Source: Botryllus schlosseri (Eukaryota). Taken from it: a stretch of 64,000 nt of DNA. The notes under the pieces were generated by a model. The model worked only from the letters and a program-made list of their open reading frames with translations, did no database searches and was not told the origin of the DNA. Below are positions 1-11,600 of the stretch, one piece after another (position 1 is the stretch's first letter; each line of letters opens with the position of its first letter). A program made the translations under genes and the position numbers. The stretch is taken from assembly GCA_051294905.1 (NCBI GenBank), contig CM119372.1, forward strand, positions 24,058,001 through 24,122,000. Reading direction: 5' to 3'.

Positions 1-32
1 TGATGGTCGATGAATAGCTTATGAAAATATTT

Positions 33-580
33 TGGCACTTTTTTGATAGCAGCCAGACATTTAACAATGTTCACCATAATCACAAATAAATAATTCCCAT
101 GAACATGTCGAAATAAATTGGGATTCGGGACGTTAGTGTTGGAGGTTAGAGATGTGGGATATTAGGGTTAGGGGTGATAGGTATTAGGGTCGGAGTGACG
201 GATATTAGGGTTTGGGGGATGGGTATTAGGGCTGGAGGTGGGTTAGGGACTGAGAGCGTACTTTAAGATTATGGCTGGGAATATCGTAAGATTGGGGTAG
301 GGGTTATTAGGGCTGGGGTGAGTGATACGATACTCCCAACCCTAATGTTAGGATAACCTAACCCCAACCCTTTACCTAAAACTAATAACACTCACCCCCA
401 ACCCGAATATCCATCACCTCCAAACCTAGGCTAATCAATACGATAACATAACTCTTTCACAAAAATGTCCCTAATCGCAACACGAAAAATAATTTATAAA
501 TTTTGATGCTGTCATGAGAAACATTTATAGGTGAATATGGTGAACAATGTCCGATGTCTGGGAGCTATCGAGAAGCGCCA
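33..580. mobile_element. Palindromic MITE-like element with degenerate TTAGGG/CCCTAA-rich interior
   Basis: The ~50-bp left end (ggcacttttttgatagcagccagacatttaacaatgttcaccata) is an imperfect inverted repeat of tatggtgaacaatgtccgatgtctgggagctatcgagaagcgcc. The interior is G-rich tagggtt-like units (~130-320) followed by C-rich complementary units (~335-430). No clear TSD. Confidence 0.6.
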
Positions 581-899
581 ATATTATTTACTTCAAGTAA
601 AGCAGTGGTTCTCAACCTTTTCCCACCCACGTACCATTTCGAGGTTTTATGCATTGCTCGCGTACCACCTGTGACATAAGTTACACGTTCCGAAGTCGGT
701 AAAAAATGTTTCCATTATTTATGACGTCATAATCGCGTATTTGACCTATGCAGGGTCTAACAACAAATTCTATTAAACTAGGCATTATCAACCAGGGTTG
801 ATGGGATGTATGGAATTGTTTTTTCACCACCAGTCACAAGAAGAACAACAAACAACAAAAGTCAATTTAGTTGATGCGATGGCTGCATTTGTTTATTTT

Positions 900-1290
900 C
901 CACTATCTCAATGGTTCTCAAACTTTTTAAGACATGCCGAATTATTTTTTATAGTGAAAGATTTCTACAAACCAGGTCTGGCATATTTGATAGAACGATG
1001 ATCTTTTTTGTCTACCACATGAGAGTTGGACGACTTGGACAGGCGTGTGCCGTATACTTTTGATAACGAGGTAAAGAAGTCATTGAAGTTTTCGGGGCAG
1101 GGCAGTAGCCGCAGTGGAACCGATACATAAACTTGGCAATTTCTAGTTTCTGCACATCTTTTGTGCAGATTAAAACACCGAATCTTACGAGCAGTGATTT
1201 GTTGGACACGCATCCAACCCTACGTGTCCCTGGCTGTTATACGGAGGACCTGATGTTGTAGTTTTTGCAGCGGCTTCAGTGCAGTTTTAC
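900..1290 (-). mobile_element. LINE (L2/Crack/CR1 group) ORF2 C-terminal remnant
   Basis: Frameshifted minus-strand peptides LEIAKFMYRF...NFNDFF...YGTRLS...RSIKY match the conserved post-RT tail of CR1/L2-group ORF2. A related copy lies at ~17000-17290 (YNTRAS...RSIKY). Confidence 0.65.
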
Positions 1291-2262
1291 TGGCAGAATT
1301 TTCATTATTAGTATGCTACGTTTTTACGTGCATGTATGACATGCAAAACGTACAAACAGCAGTTGTAATAAACATGTCTGACGCACATGATAACAAATTG
1401 GGGTGCATTATTTTCCTATTATGACTACACAAGCTTCAATAAGGGATGTCTGCAAACTGCTATTGTCTCAGCTGCTCGGCGTAAATGTTCCAGCCGGTAC
1501 AAAGTTTGGTCACAAAGTACCATACATTGCAACCAACCAAGGCCATCTTTATAACCAGTCCGGATCAAATCATACCTGTCATTTTGTTTAGCTTACAACA
1601 TAACAAAGGCACCCCAGCCCCACCGGGACGAAGTTAGCCATCAAATTCTAGCCATCAAAAATAAATATCAGAACTACTGTGTAGAGTACCGCAGGTATCG
1701 GATGTATCACCAGGATCAAGTTTCCGGCCATGCCGCGGGGCAGCCATCGGCCACATACGATGTTTCGACGTAGGTTACGGTGAAATACTCATTAAATTGC
1801 CTTCAAATCAATAAAGCGCATAAATACTCGACTGATTTTATCGCATCACGTCATTTGTGAAACAACTAATAAAGAATATAAGCACGACTAGCACCTCAAC
1901 ACTGTTAACTCAACACAGCTATCTCGCGAATGACTATCTCCATCATGAAATTTTCACAGCTGCAAGGTATCGCTCTGCTGCAAACGAAATTTCGCAAAAT
2001 GTAATTTTAGCACACAAAATCTGGATTGGACAAAACAAATATTGCTCCGACACGCTAAACGCCGTACCTCAAATGTCTCTAAACTATATGATACGCTCAA
2101 CTAAACAGTCACTAAACTTAGAATCGAATCCATCTTCTCCAAACTAGAGACTGTGGCAATGAATGGCGTTCACATATGTATAGTTAGCAGGCAAATCTGA
2201 CACCACACAAATTGTCAACTATCTCCAAGTGGCGCATTCAAATTTATCACGAAAAATATTCG

Positions 2263-4102
2263 ACACCGATTTTCAGCGATATCGAAGTGGCGCAAGGTGT
2301 CCAACGGGCCCGATACGTTCGTCTGCTCAGTGATAAAAATTCAAATTTATTCACGAAAAATATTCGAAAATTTTCAAACTATAACCTGTGTCAAGGAATG
2401 ACTTGCAAATATCTATAGCTTACAGTTACGCCAAGCAGCACACCAATTTTCAGCGATATCCAAGTGGCGCAAGGTGTCCAACGGGCCCGATACGTTCGTC
2501 TGCTCAGTGATAAAAATTCAAATTTATGCACGAAAAATATTCGAAATTTGCCAAACTATACCCTGTGTCAAGGAATGACTTTCAAATATCTATAGCTTAC
2601 AGTTACGCCTAGCAGCACACCGATTTTCAGCGATATCCAAGTGGCGCAAGGTGTCCAACGGACCCGATACGCTCGAATGCACAGTCATAAAAATTCAAAT
2701 TTATTCACGAAAAATATACGAAAATTTTCAAACTATAACCTGTGTCAAGGAATGACTTTCAAATATCTATAGCTTACAGTTACGCCTAGCAGCACACCGA
2801 TTTTCAGCGATATCCAAGTGGCGCAAGGTGTCCAACGGGCCCGATACGTTCGTCTGCTCAGTGATAAAAATTCAAATTTATTCACGAAAAATATTCGAAA
2901 ATTTTCAAACTATAACCTGTGTCAAGGAATGACTTGCAAATATCTATAGCTTACAGTTACGCCAAGCAGCACACCAATTTTCAGCGATATCCAAGTGGCG
3001 CAAGGTGTCCAACGGGCCCGATACGTTCGTCTGCTCAGTGATAAAAATTCAAATTTATGCACGAAAAATATTCGAAATTTGCCAAACTATACCCTGTGTC
3101 AAGGAATGGTTTTCAAATACCTATAGCCTGTAGTTAAACGTAACAGCACACCGATTTTCAGCGATATCCAAGTGGCGCAAGGTGTCTGTCACGGTGGATT
3201 CTCTCAGCATGAGTGGCTCTGTCATGCTCTACTTAATTCTTAACTCGAGAGAAGCGACGACCACGTTTTCGCCCTTTTTAGAGACAGACGTCGTACAGTA
3301 AACAGGGAATTTGTGTCGCATTTCGTGTAGCATTGCATTAACGTAATATCTTCCATTTAGAGTAATTGCCAGCGTATATTTTAACGATACGTTATAGACC
3401 AGTTAGTTAATCCTACTCGCAATACAAGCTACGGAAACCCACTGTGTCTGGACTTTAACGGTCAGTTAGATATCGGTCGTTACTTGCAACAAATATTCCA
3501 GTCCAGTTCTATCGAGAACTGATCCTACGCGACAGTGTCCAACGGGCCCGATACGTTCGTCTGCTCAGTGATAAAAATTCAAATTTATTCACGAAAAATA
3601 TACGAAAATTTTCAAACTATAACCTGTGTCAAGGAATGACTTGCAAATATCTATAGCTTACAGTTACGCCTAGCAGCACACCGATTTTCAGCGATATCCA
3701 AGTGGCGCAAGGTGTCCAACGGACCCGATACGCTCGAATGCACAGTCATAAAAATTCAAATTTATTCACGAAAAATATACGAAAATTTTCAAACTATAAC
3801 CTGTGTCAAGGAATGACTTTCAAATATCTATAGCTTACAGTTACGCCTAGCAGCACACCGATTTTCAGCGATATCCAAGTGGCGCAAGGTGTCCAGCGGA
3901 CCCGATACGCTCGAATGTACAGTCATAAAAATTCAAATTTATTCACGAAAAATATTCGAAAATTTTCAAACTATAACCTGTGTCAAGGAATGACTTTCAA
4001 ATATCTATAGCTTACAGTTACGCCAAGCAGCACACCAATTTTCAGCGATATCCAAGTGGCGCAAGGTGTCCAACGGGCCCGATACGTTCGTCTGCTCAGT
4101 GA
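2263..4102 (+). repeat. 177-bp tandem array, left arm (8 full monomers plus a partial, interrupted by a solo LTR)
   Basis: cagcgatatc recurs at 2274, 2451, 2628, 2805, 2982, 3159, 3689, 3866 and 4043: spacing 177, except 177+353 across the insertion. Confidence 0.97.
3187..3534. mobile_element. Solo LTR (348 bp)
   Basis: Begins TGTCACG, ends CGCGACA (TG...CA with short inverted ends). A 5-bp TSD gtgtc (3182-3186, 3535-3539) splits the monomer motif ggtgtccaacggg. Confidence 0.85.
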
Positions 4103-5319
4103 CATGTTAATCTCAAAGTCACAATGTTGGATGTAATGAACATTTTATCAATCACTTTTCCGTCTTTGCGATGATGGAAGTGTTTGTGATAAATCTGTAG
4201 ACCCAGAATGTTTTACATTAGGGACGTTATATAATACGAAAGAATTCAAGCAATATCCAACCCGCGACATGCAAAACCGGCCACACGCGCTCGCGCAACT
4301 TTTATTTTATCGTACATACAACGGTTAAGTTAGACGGGAAGGTATAACCGGATATAACACATGGTGATCTGTCAGTAATTGGCCTTGTTAGGTTTTGTAA
4401 GATGTCGATATTTCGGATGCAATGGCGATAGCATTTTCCAATACTCAATTTTGACACGGGTAAAACAGATCACTGATTGAGTTGAGTTTCAAATCATTTT
4501 GTGAATTCTTTGACATACTACACCCGAGAAACACTTAAAATTAATGAATATAACATATTACCATGTCTAGGTGAGCTTGAGATAAAATCACCTTGATTCT
4601 GGGGTGGAAAATTAACACAGTGATTGTATATCGTGGTGTAATATTGTCATAAACAGTCAGTTGGGTGTTGAGCGCCGACATCCGCCTTGCGAAACGGTGC
4701 ATCCTCGTATTACATTTGCGATATAACTACCATAGTAAATAATTGGACTCGACAGGATACCCGAGTCATTTGTCCCACAGAATATGAACTCCTTTTACAG
4801 TTAAATAAAAAAGACAGGTCGTTGGAACATAAATATAACCAGGATTTATTTAGGTTGCTGGTTACAGTGATTTATGCTCATGCAACCTTTTTTTTTTAAT
4901 CATATAGGCCTACATACACTGTTTGAGTTTGTCGAGTAAGGTGCGGTGTAAGTGATATTTCAGTAATTGAATCTGTTGGGTTGTAACATGTCGACATGTT
5001 GCGACGCAAAGGTGATACCATATCCAGAAACTCAATTTTGACACAGGAAAAAACCGGATCACTGATCGAGTGGCATGGTTTCAACCCTTGATACTGCTGT
5101 TTGGTGGCCTTGATTAGTGTAAACGATTAGGCTTGTGAAATATTAGCTGATAATCACATCATAAGATTCTGCAACACAGCATCCCGATATATTGCAATAT
5201 ATCACATGGATTCGCTTGAGATAAGATCATCTGGATTTCGGATGTGAAAATTAACACAGTGATTGTATATCCACGCGTAATAATTCTGTCATACAGAGTC
5301 AGTTCGGTGTTGAGCACAA

Positions 5320-5522
5320 TGGTGATTTACACTAGGCCGATATGCTTTATTTTGATTTCGTAGCTGCCGACTTGTAGCACGGGTACTGCTAGGCTTTTTT
5401 AACACACTGCGTACGCCAATCGAGGTGGCGAGGAAGAGCCTAGATAAACATATACAATAAATCGGTAGGAATTCTGGAGTCAACCTCGGTCGGACTCGAA
5501 CTCGCAACTCATTGGAGCCACA
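5320..5522 (-). mobile_element. tRNA-derived SINE fragment (family B)
   Basis: The minus strand reads gcgagttcgagtccgaccgaggttgac (B-box-like). It is homologous to copies at 36345-36580 and 37150-37370. Confidence 0.65.
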
Positions 5523-5629
5523 TAATGTTAACCAAGTCACAAGTCAATCAAAATGTATTAGTTTTAATCAGAGTCATCTTCAATTCACCATGAAGTCAAG
5601 TGCTTGCATGCCTACGTCAAGCAATCACG

Positions 5630-7617
5630 AGCGCCACTTGGATATCGCTGAAAATTGGTGTAGTGTTGGGCGTAACTGTAGTCCAGAGGTCTCAAACTTA
5701 CGTGTGCTCGCGGGCCATTTCCTAGATTTTGATGACGCCGCGGGCCGCAGCATCAATAATAGCGACATTCAAGATTTTTCATAGCGCCTGTCCATTTTCA
5801 ACCCGTTGGACAGCTTGCGCCACTTGGATATCGCTGAAAATCGGTGTGCTGTTACGTTTAACTACAGGCTATAGGTATTTGAAAACCATTCCTTGACACA
5901 GGTTATAGTTTGAAAATTTTCGAATATTTTTCGTGAATAAATTTGAATTTTTATGACTGTGCATTCGAGCGTATCGGGTCCGTTGGACACCTTGCGCCAC
6001 TTGGATATCGCTGAAAATTGGTGTGCTGCTTGGCGTAACTGTAAGCTATAGATATTTGAAAGTCATTCCTTGACACAGGTTATAGTTTGAAAATTTTCGA
6101 ATATTTTTCGTGAATAAATTTGAATTTTTATGACTGTACATTCGAGCGTATCGGGTCCGCTGGACACCTTGCGCCACTTGGATATCGCTGAAAATCGGTG
6201 TGCTGCTAGGCGTAACTGTAAGCTATAGATATTTGAAAGTCATTCCTTGACACAGGTTATAGTTTGAAAATTTTCGTATATTTTTCGTGAATAAATTTGA
6301 ATTTTTATCACTGAGCAGACGAACGTATCGGGCCCGTTGGACACCTTGCGCCACTTGGATATCGCTGAAAATCGGTGTGCTGTTACGTTTAACTACAGGC
6401 TATAGGTATTTGAAAACCATTCCTTGACACAGGGTATAGTTTGGCAAATTTCGAATATTTTTCGTGCATAAATTTGAATTTTTATCACTGAGCAGACGAA
6501 CGTATCGGGCCCGTTGGACACCTTGCGCCACTTGGATATCGCTGAAAATTGGTGTGCTGCTTGGCGTAACTGTAAGCTATAGATATTTGCAAGTCATTCC
6601 TTGACACAGGTTATAGTTTGAAAATTTTCGAATATTTTTCGTGAATAAATTTGAATTTTTATGACTGTGCATTCGAGCGTATCGGGTCCGTTGGACACCT
6701 TGCGCCACTTGGATATCGCTGAAAATCGGTGTGCTGCTAGGCGTAACTGTAAGCTATAGATATTTGAAAGTCATTCCTTGACACAGGTTATAGTTTGAAA
6801 ATTTTCGTATATTTTTCGTGAATAAATTTGAATTTTTATCACTGAGCAGACGAACGTATCGGGCCCGTTGGACACCTTGCGCCACTTGGATATCGCTGAA
6901 AATCGGTGTGCTGTTACGTTTAACTACAGGCTATAGGTATTTGAAAACCATTCCTTGACACAGGGTATAGTTTGGCAAATTTCGAATATTTTTCGTGCAT
7001 AAATTTGAATTTTTATCACTGAGCAGACGAACGTATCGGGCCCGTTGGACACCTTGCGCCACTTGGATATCGCTGAAAATTGGTGTGCTGCTTGGCGTAA
7101 CTGTAAGCTATAGATATTTGCAAGTCATTCCTTGACACAGGTTATAGTTTGAAAATTTTCGAATATTTTTCGTGAATAAATTTGAATTTTTATCACTGAG
7201 CAGACGAACGTATCGGGCCCGTTGGACACCTTGCGCCACTTGGATATCGCTGAAAATCGGTGTGCTGCTAGGCGTAACTGTAAGCTATAGATATTTGAAA
7301 GTCATTCCTTGACACAGGGTATAGTTTGGCAAATTTCGAATATTTTTCGTGCATAAATTTGAATTTTTATCACTGAGCAGACGAACGTATCGGGCCCGTT
7401 GGACACCTTGCGCCACTTGGATATCGCTGAAAATTGGTGTGCTGCTTGGCGTAACTGTAAGCTATAGATATTTGCAAGTCATTCCTTGACACAGGTTATA
7501 GTTTGAAAATTTTCGAATATTTTTCGTGAATAAATTTGAATTTTTATCACTGAGCAGACGAACGTATCGGGCCCGTTGGACACCTTGCGCCACTTCGATA
7601 TCGCTGAAAATCGGTGT
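5630..7617 (-). repeat. 177-bp tandem array, right arm (10 full monomers plus partials)
   Basis: atcgctgaaaa recurs at 5830, 6007, 6184, 6361, 6538, 6715, 6892, 7069, 7246, 7423 and 7600, plus a partial unit at ~5630-5683. It is the reverse complement of the left array. Confidence 0.97.
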
Positions 7618-8476
7618 CGAATATTTTTCGTGATAAATTTGAATGCGCCACTTGGAGATAGTTGACAATTTGTGTGGTGTCAGATTTGCCTGCAAACTAT
7701 ACATATGTGAACGCCATTCATTGCCACAGTCTCTAGTTTGGAGAAGATGGATTCGATTCTAAGTTTAGTGACTGTTTAGTTGAGCGTATCATATAGTTTA
7801 GAGACATTTGAGGTACGGCGTTTAGCGTGTCGGAGCAATATTTGTTTTGTCCAATCCAGATTTTGTGTGCTAAAATTACATTTTGCGAAATTTCGTTTGC
7901 AGCAGAGCGATACCTTGCAGCTGTGAAAATTTCATGATGGAGATAGTCATTCGCGAGATAGCTGTGTTGAGTTAACAGTGTTGAGGTGCTAGTCGTGCTT
8001 ATATTCTTTATTAGTTGTTTCAAAAATGACGTGATGCGATAAAATCAGTCGAGTATTTATGCGCTTTATTGATTTGAAGGCAATTTAATGAGTATTTCAC
8101 CGTAACCTACGTCGAAACATCGTATGTGGCCGATGGCTGCCCCGCGGCATGGCCGGAAACTTGATCCTGGTGATACATCCGATACTTGCGGTACTCTGCA
8201 CAGTAGTTCTGATATTTATTTTTGATGGCTAGAATTTGATGGCTAACTTCGTCCCGGTCCCAGCCCCCACTCCCCATGCGCAGCACCGCACCTGTCGTGT
8301 ATTGACTATTTTTTTTATACTACACCACTATCATTGGCACACATGGGTCGAAGTTGTGAGATAACTTGTTTAGCAAAAGGCGAAGAGGAACTATGCAGTG
8401 CTAACTGGGTCTGTGGCGTCCCACAGGCGAAAAGCCGTAACCGACCACCTCACACCTCAACTGAACCAAACGCATT

Positions 8477-8511
8477 CGCTAACTGAAATATTCCTTTTTT
8501 CTTCTCAACAG
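8477..8511 (+). promoter_or_regulatory. Strong splice acceptor upstream of the CHID1 ATG (5'UTR intron or SL trans-splice site)
   Basis: Branch-like cgctaac, then pyrimidine tract ttccttttttcttctcaa and CAG ending at 8511, 92 nt before ATG 8604. Confidence 0.5.
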
Positions 8512-8603
8512 TTCCGGCGTTCGGGGAATACCCCTTCCCACGTCTGCATTTTGCGGACTCGCTCTTCGCTCTCGTTCAATGCTGCACCGTTTGTACGTTC
8601 GGT

Positions 8604-11600
8604 ATGCTGAGGAACGTACCATTCCTTGTGATTTTTTACCTATTCCTTATCTGTAGTTGCGAGGCTACGTTATCGAAAAAGAAGAAAACTAAGGATAAGA
8701 AAAAGAAATCAAAGAAGGTGACTCGATATTTATTCATTATATATGAACTAATAACTTTAATCATGAACCGTATATGCCTGTGAAATTATTTATAAGCATG
8801 GATGTAAATAACTAATACAACAGGCAAAAGATTCAGTGCATTAGTCATTACACTCGTCCGCCATAGTCACTGAATGCAAGCAGATCATGTGTGCATCCAT
8901 ATAGCATTCACCGGGAAACTGTGTATTACGATTGCTCTTGCTATAGGCTACTTTTGATCAGGTATAGTGGCAAATTTGAAGATAATTAGGCGTAACGTTG
9001 GCAGTATACTATGTGGCTGCTGAACTACGTCTATTTTGTCTGTATATGTAATTATGTATATCGTTGTGTACAATTAGCGTTATTCATTGCATTACAGGAA
9101 GATGAAGTGAAGGTTAGCCTTCCAGAACAAACCGTCTTCAAACGCGGCTTGGTGAAAGAAAACATCACTTACACTGAAATTACTGATAATTACATGCTGT
9201 ATTCGAAATTCCACAAAAATGAACGGCGATTCGAAGGTGAAGTTCTGGCATATGTAACTCCGGTAAGAAAATATATGTAAAAAGTCTATAATAGCTACGG
9301 TAGGCTAGTAAAGTAGCCTTTGTAGGCTATGTTACTGGAGTAGAGCAATCACAGAGAAAACTGACTGGTGTAAAAAGTATGCCTGTAGACTTATTAGGAG
9401 AACTTCTTAGCACTAATGTAATAGGCTATGTAGATGTTGACTGTTGGGTAGATTAATGATGCAACTCTATTGATGAAGTCATTTCTATTTGACCAAATTT
9501 GCAATGAAGGAACAATGGCATTTTTAATGTGAGCCACGTTAATACAATTACAGTGGCTGTCACATTTACTCATAGAGTGGGTCACTACAGATTTTAGGGC
9601 AAGTTTTTGTTGCAGTCAAATCCGTGGAAAGTTGCATTTATTTTTCACAAAATTCCCACTAGTAAGTTGCATTTATGGACAAGTTCCTTGAAATTATTAG
9701 GGTATGAAATACTCGAATCAATCGCTATCCAAGGCACTGTAGTAAAACTTGGTGTTGGTGACTTCAACAAATTCAATAGCCTGAAAAAATTGACCCAGTG
9801 AAAATATAATTTTCGGCGGTATAGCCTGAATGTACGTCAAATCAGGAAGGACCTCAAATTTAAACGACAGCGAAATAATCAAGCTATCTATTCACGTATA
9901 GTGCCAAATATTTCCAGTAAAAAGTTGGTTGCATGAAAAATCGGGAAAAACTGGAAAAAATTTGCATGAAAAATCAAAAAAAGTTGCAAAAAGTTTCATG
10001 AAAAATCGAAAAAGTTACAAAAAGTTGCATGAAAAAAATGGAGAAAAGTTGCTAAAGGTTGCAATATAAGAATCCTCCAAACAGCTTAAAACACTATGCT
10101 ACATAACTTTTGAGTATTTAGGAAGCTGCAGGAAGCTCTAAAAAAGTTGCAAATGTTGCAAAACTTGCCCTACTGATTATATATAGGCCTCAAAGCTGCT
10201 TGTGTCACCTAGTTCTTGAAGGCAATTATTCCTGCTTTATGACAAAAGTAATCCTATCAAGTTCATGTAATGGTAAGCAAGTGATTCTAGCAATTGAATA
10301 GTATCTTCACATTGAAATGAACCCGAATATTTTCGGCTGACACTCGTCAGGGGTAATCGTCAGCAACTAGTAGAGAATTGGAAAGAACATTGTACGACGT
10401 ACGTTATACAATAGTTATACATTATACAATGTTGTTTCCAATTCTCTACTAATTGCTGACGATTTCCCCTGTCAAGTGTCAGCCGAAAATATGCGGGTTC
10501 ATTACAATATGAATAGACTATTGAATTGTATAGGCAGGGTTGCCATACCGTCCTTATTTTGAAGGGCCACGTCTTAGAAAACTCAAATGTCCTTATTTCT
10601 AAGAAATGTCCTTATTTTCGACTTGCGTCCTTAATTTGTCTTATTTTCAACCACTGCAGAACTTTGATCGTTTTTCTGTGGTATCCGTGTTGCATAATAT
10701 TCTAAAATTATGCTTTTGTGTCGAGATTTCATGACATCATAAATGAAAGGAACTCTTGTGACGTACACACCATAAGATTTGACTACCAAGTGGTGAGATA
10801 GCTAGGGCAGTGGGTGGTATTTTAGCAGTAAACAGCAGTACCAGGTTCCTGCTATTTGATCTACAGCAGAATAAGCTCAAGCTGTGGGGAAGGCAGCATA
10901 TATTGCGTAGTGAAAAAAGACGCAGTGCAGCCGACACATTGGTTAAAAAGTAGTAAAGCTATAAATCATTGATAAATTTTTCAAAATGATATTGCACTTG
11001 CGCACTATCTGCAATTGTGACATTAACCATAGGAAAGACCGCTATTTCAACTCACATTGATACCCCAAAACACAAGAAGTGTGTCATAATGATTAATTTG
11101 AGCCAGTCGATGAATAATGTTTCCACAAGTCGATCAGCGCCAACGAACGACCATCGACTACAAGGCAGCTGCTGCAGAGGGTATGCCTGGACATTCCATA
11201 TTGTCAAATAGGCCTACCAGCAATCATTCCGCACCAACGATTGCACATCGCAATTGCTCAAAGCAATATTCCAACATCGCAAATAAGTTTTCGTCGGTCA
11301 GGACCAAGACTACAGCATTGTTACTGGAGTTCTTGCTCCATATGCTCAAAAAAGATTTTGTCTAAACTTATTGTACGGCATTTTTCCATCTTGATTGACG
11401 CCTCTAATCACAACGAGGTGAAGAAGTTTGGTTAATCAGCCTAGTGGGGAAAGACCAAGGTTTTTTTTGGGAGGGGGGGTGCTGACGAAGTGCTGTATCG
11501 GCCCTGAGTAAAGGTAAATCTAGACCTGAGCTGTCGTGAGATCCATGAAGCACTTTCTACTAACACGGACTTGCTGGAGCAGATTTTTTCTGGCGAAAAG

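Larger units (their letters stand above)
1622..8258. mobile_element. Foldback-type non-autonomous DNA element (FB/Mutator-like) with ~2.5-kb modular inverted arms
   Basis: Termini accgggacgaagttagcc (1622) and ggctaacttcgtcccggt (8258) are exact reverse complements. Perfect 9-bp TSD cccagcccc at 1613-1621 and 8259-8267. Each arm is a ~640-bp unique outer domain plus a 177-bp tandem array, with a ~1.5-kb loop between the arms. Confidence 0.93.

Noticed and set aside
120..430. True telomere or telomere fusion site
   Set aside because: The repeats are highly degenerate and are enclosed by inverted termini typical of a MITE.
1857..2147. 96-aa ORF duplicated at 7733-8023 (and the MSTISKW ORFs) as a real gene
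   Set aside because: The identity simply reflects the inverted arms. The starts are non-ATG and no domain is recognisable.
2263..7617. CRISPR-like array
   Set aside because: The units are contiguous 177-bp monomers with no unique spacers, there are no cas genes, and the context is eukaryotic.
1622..8258. Assembly mirror artefact
   Set aside because: The arms differ by point changes, monomer number and order, and a solo LTR, and the unit has a clean TSD. Long-read confirmation is still advisable.
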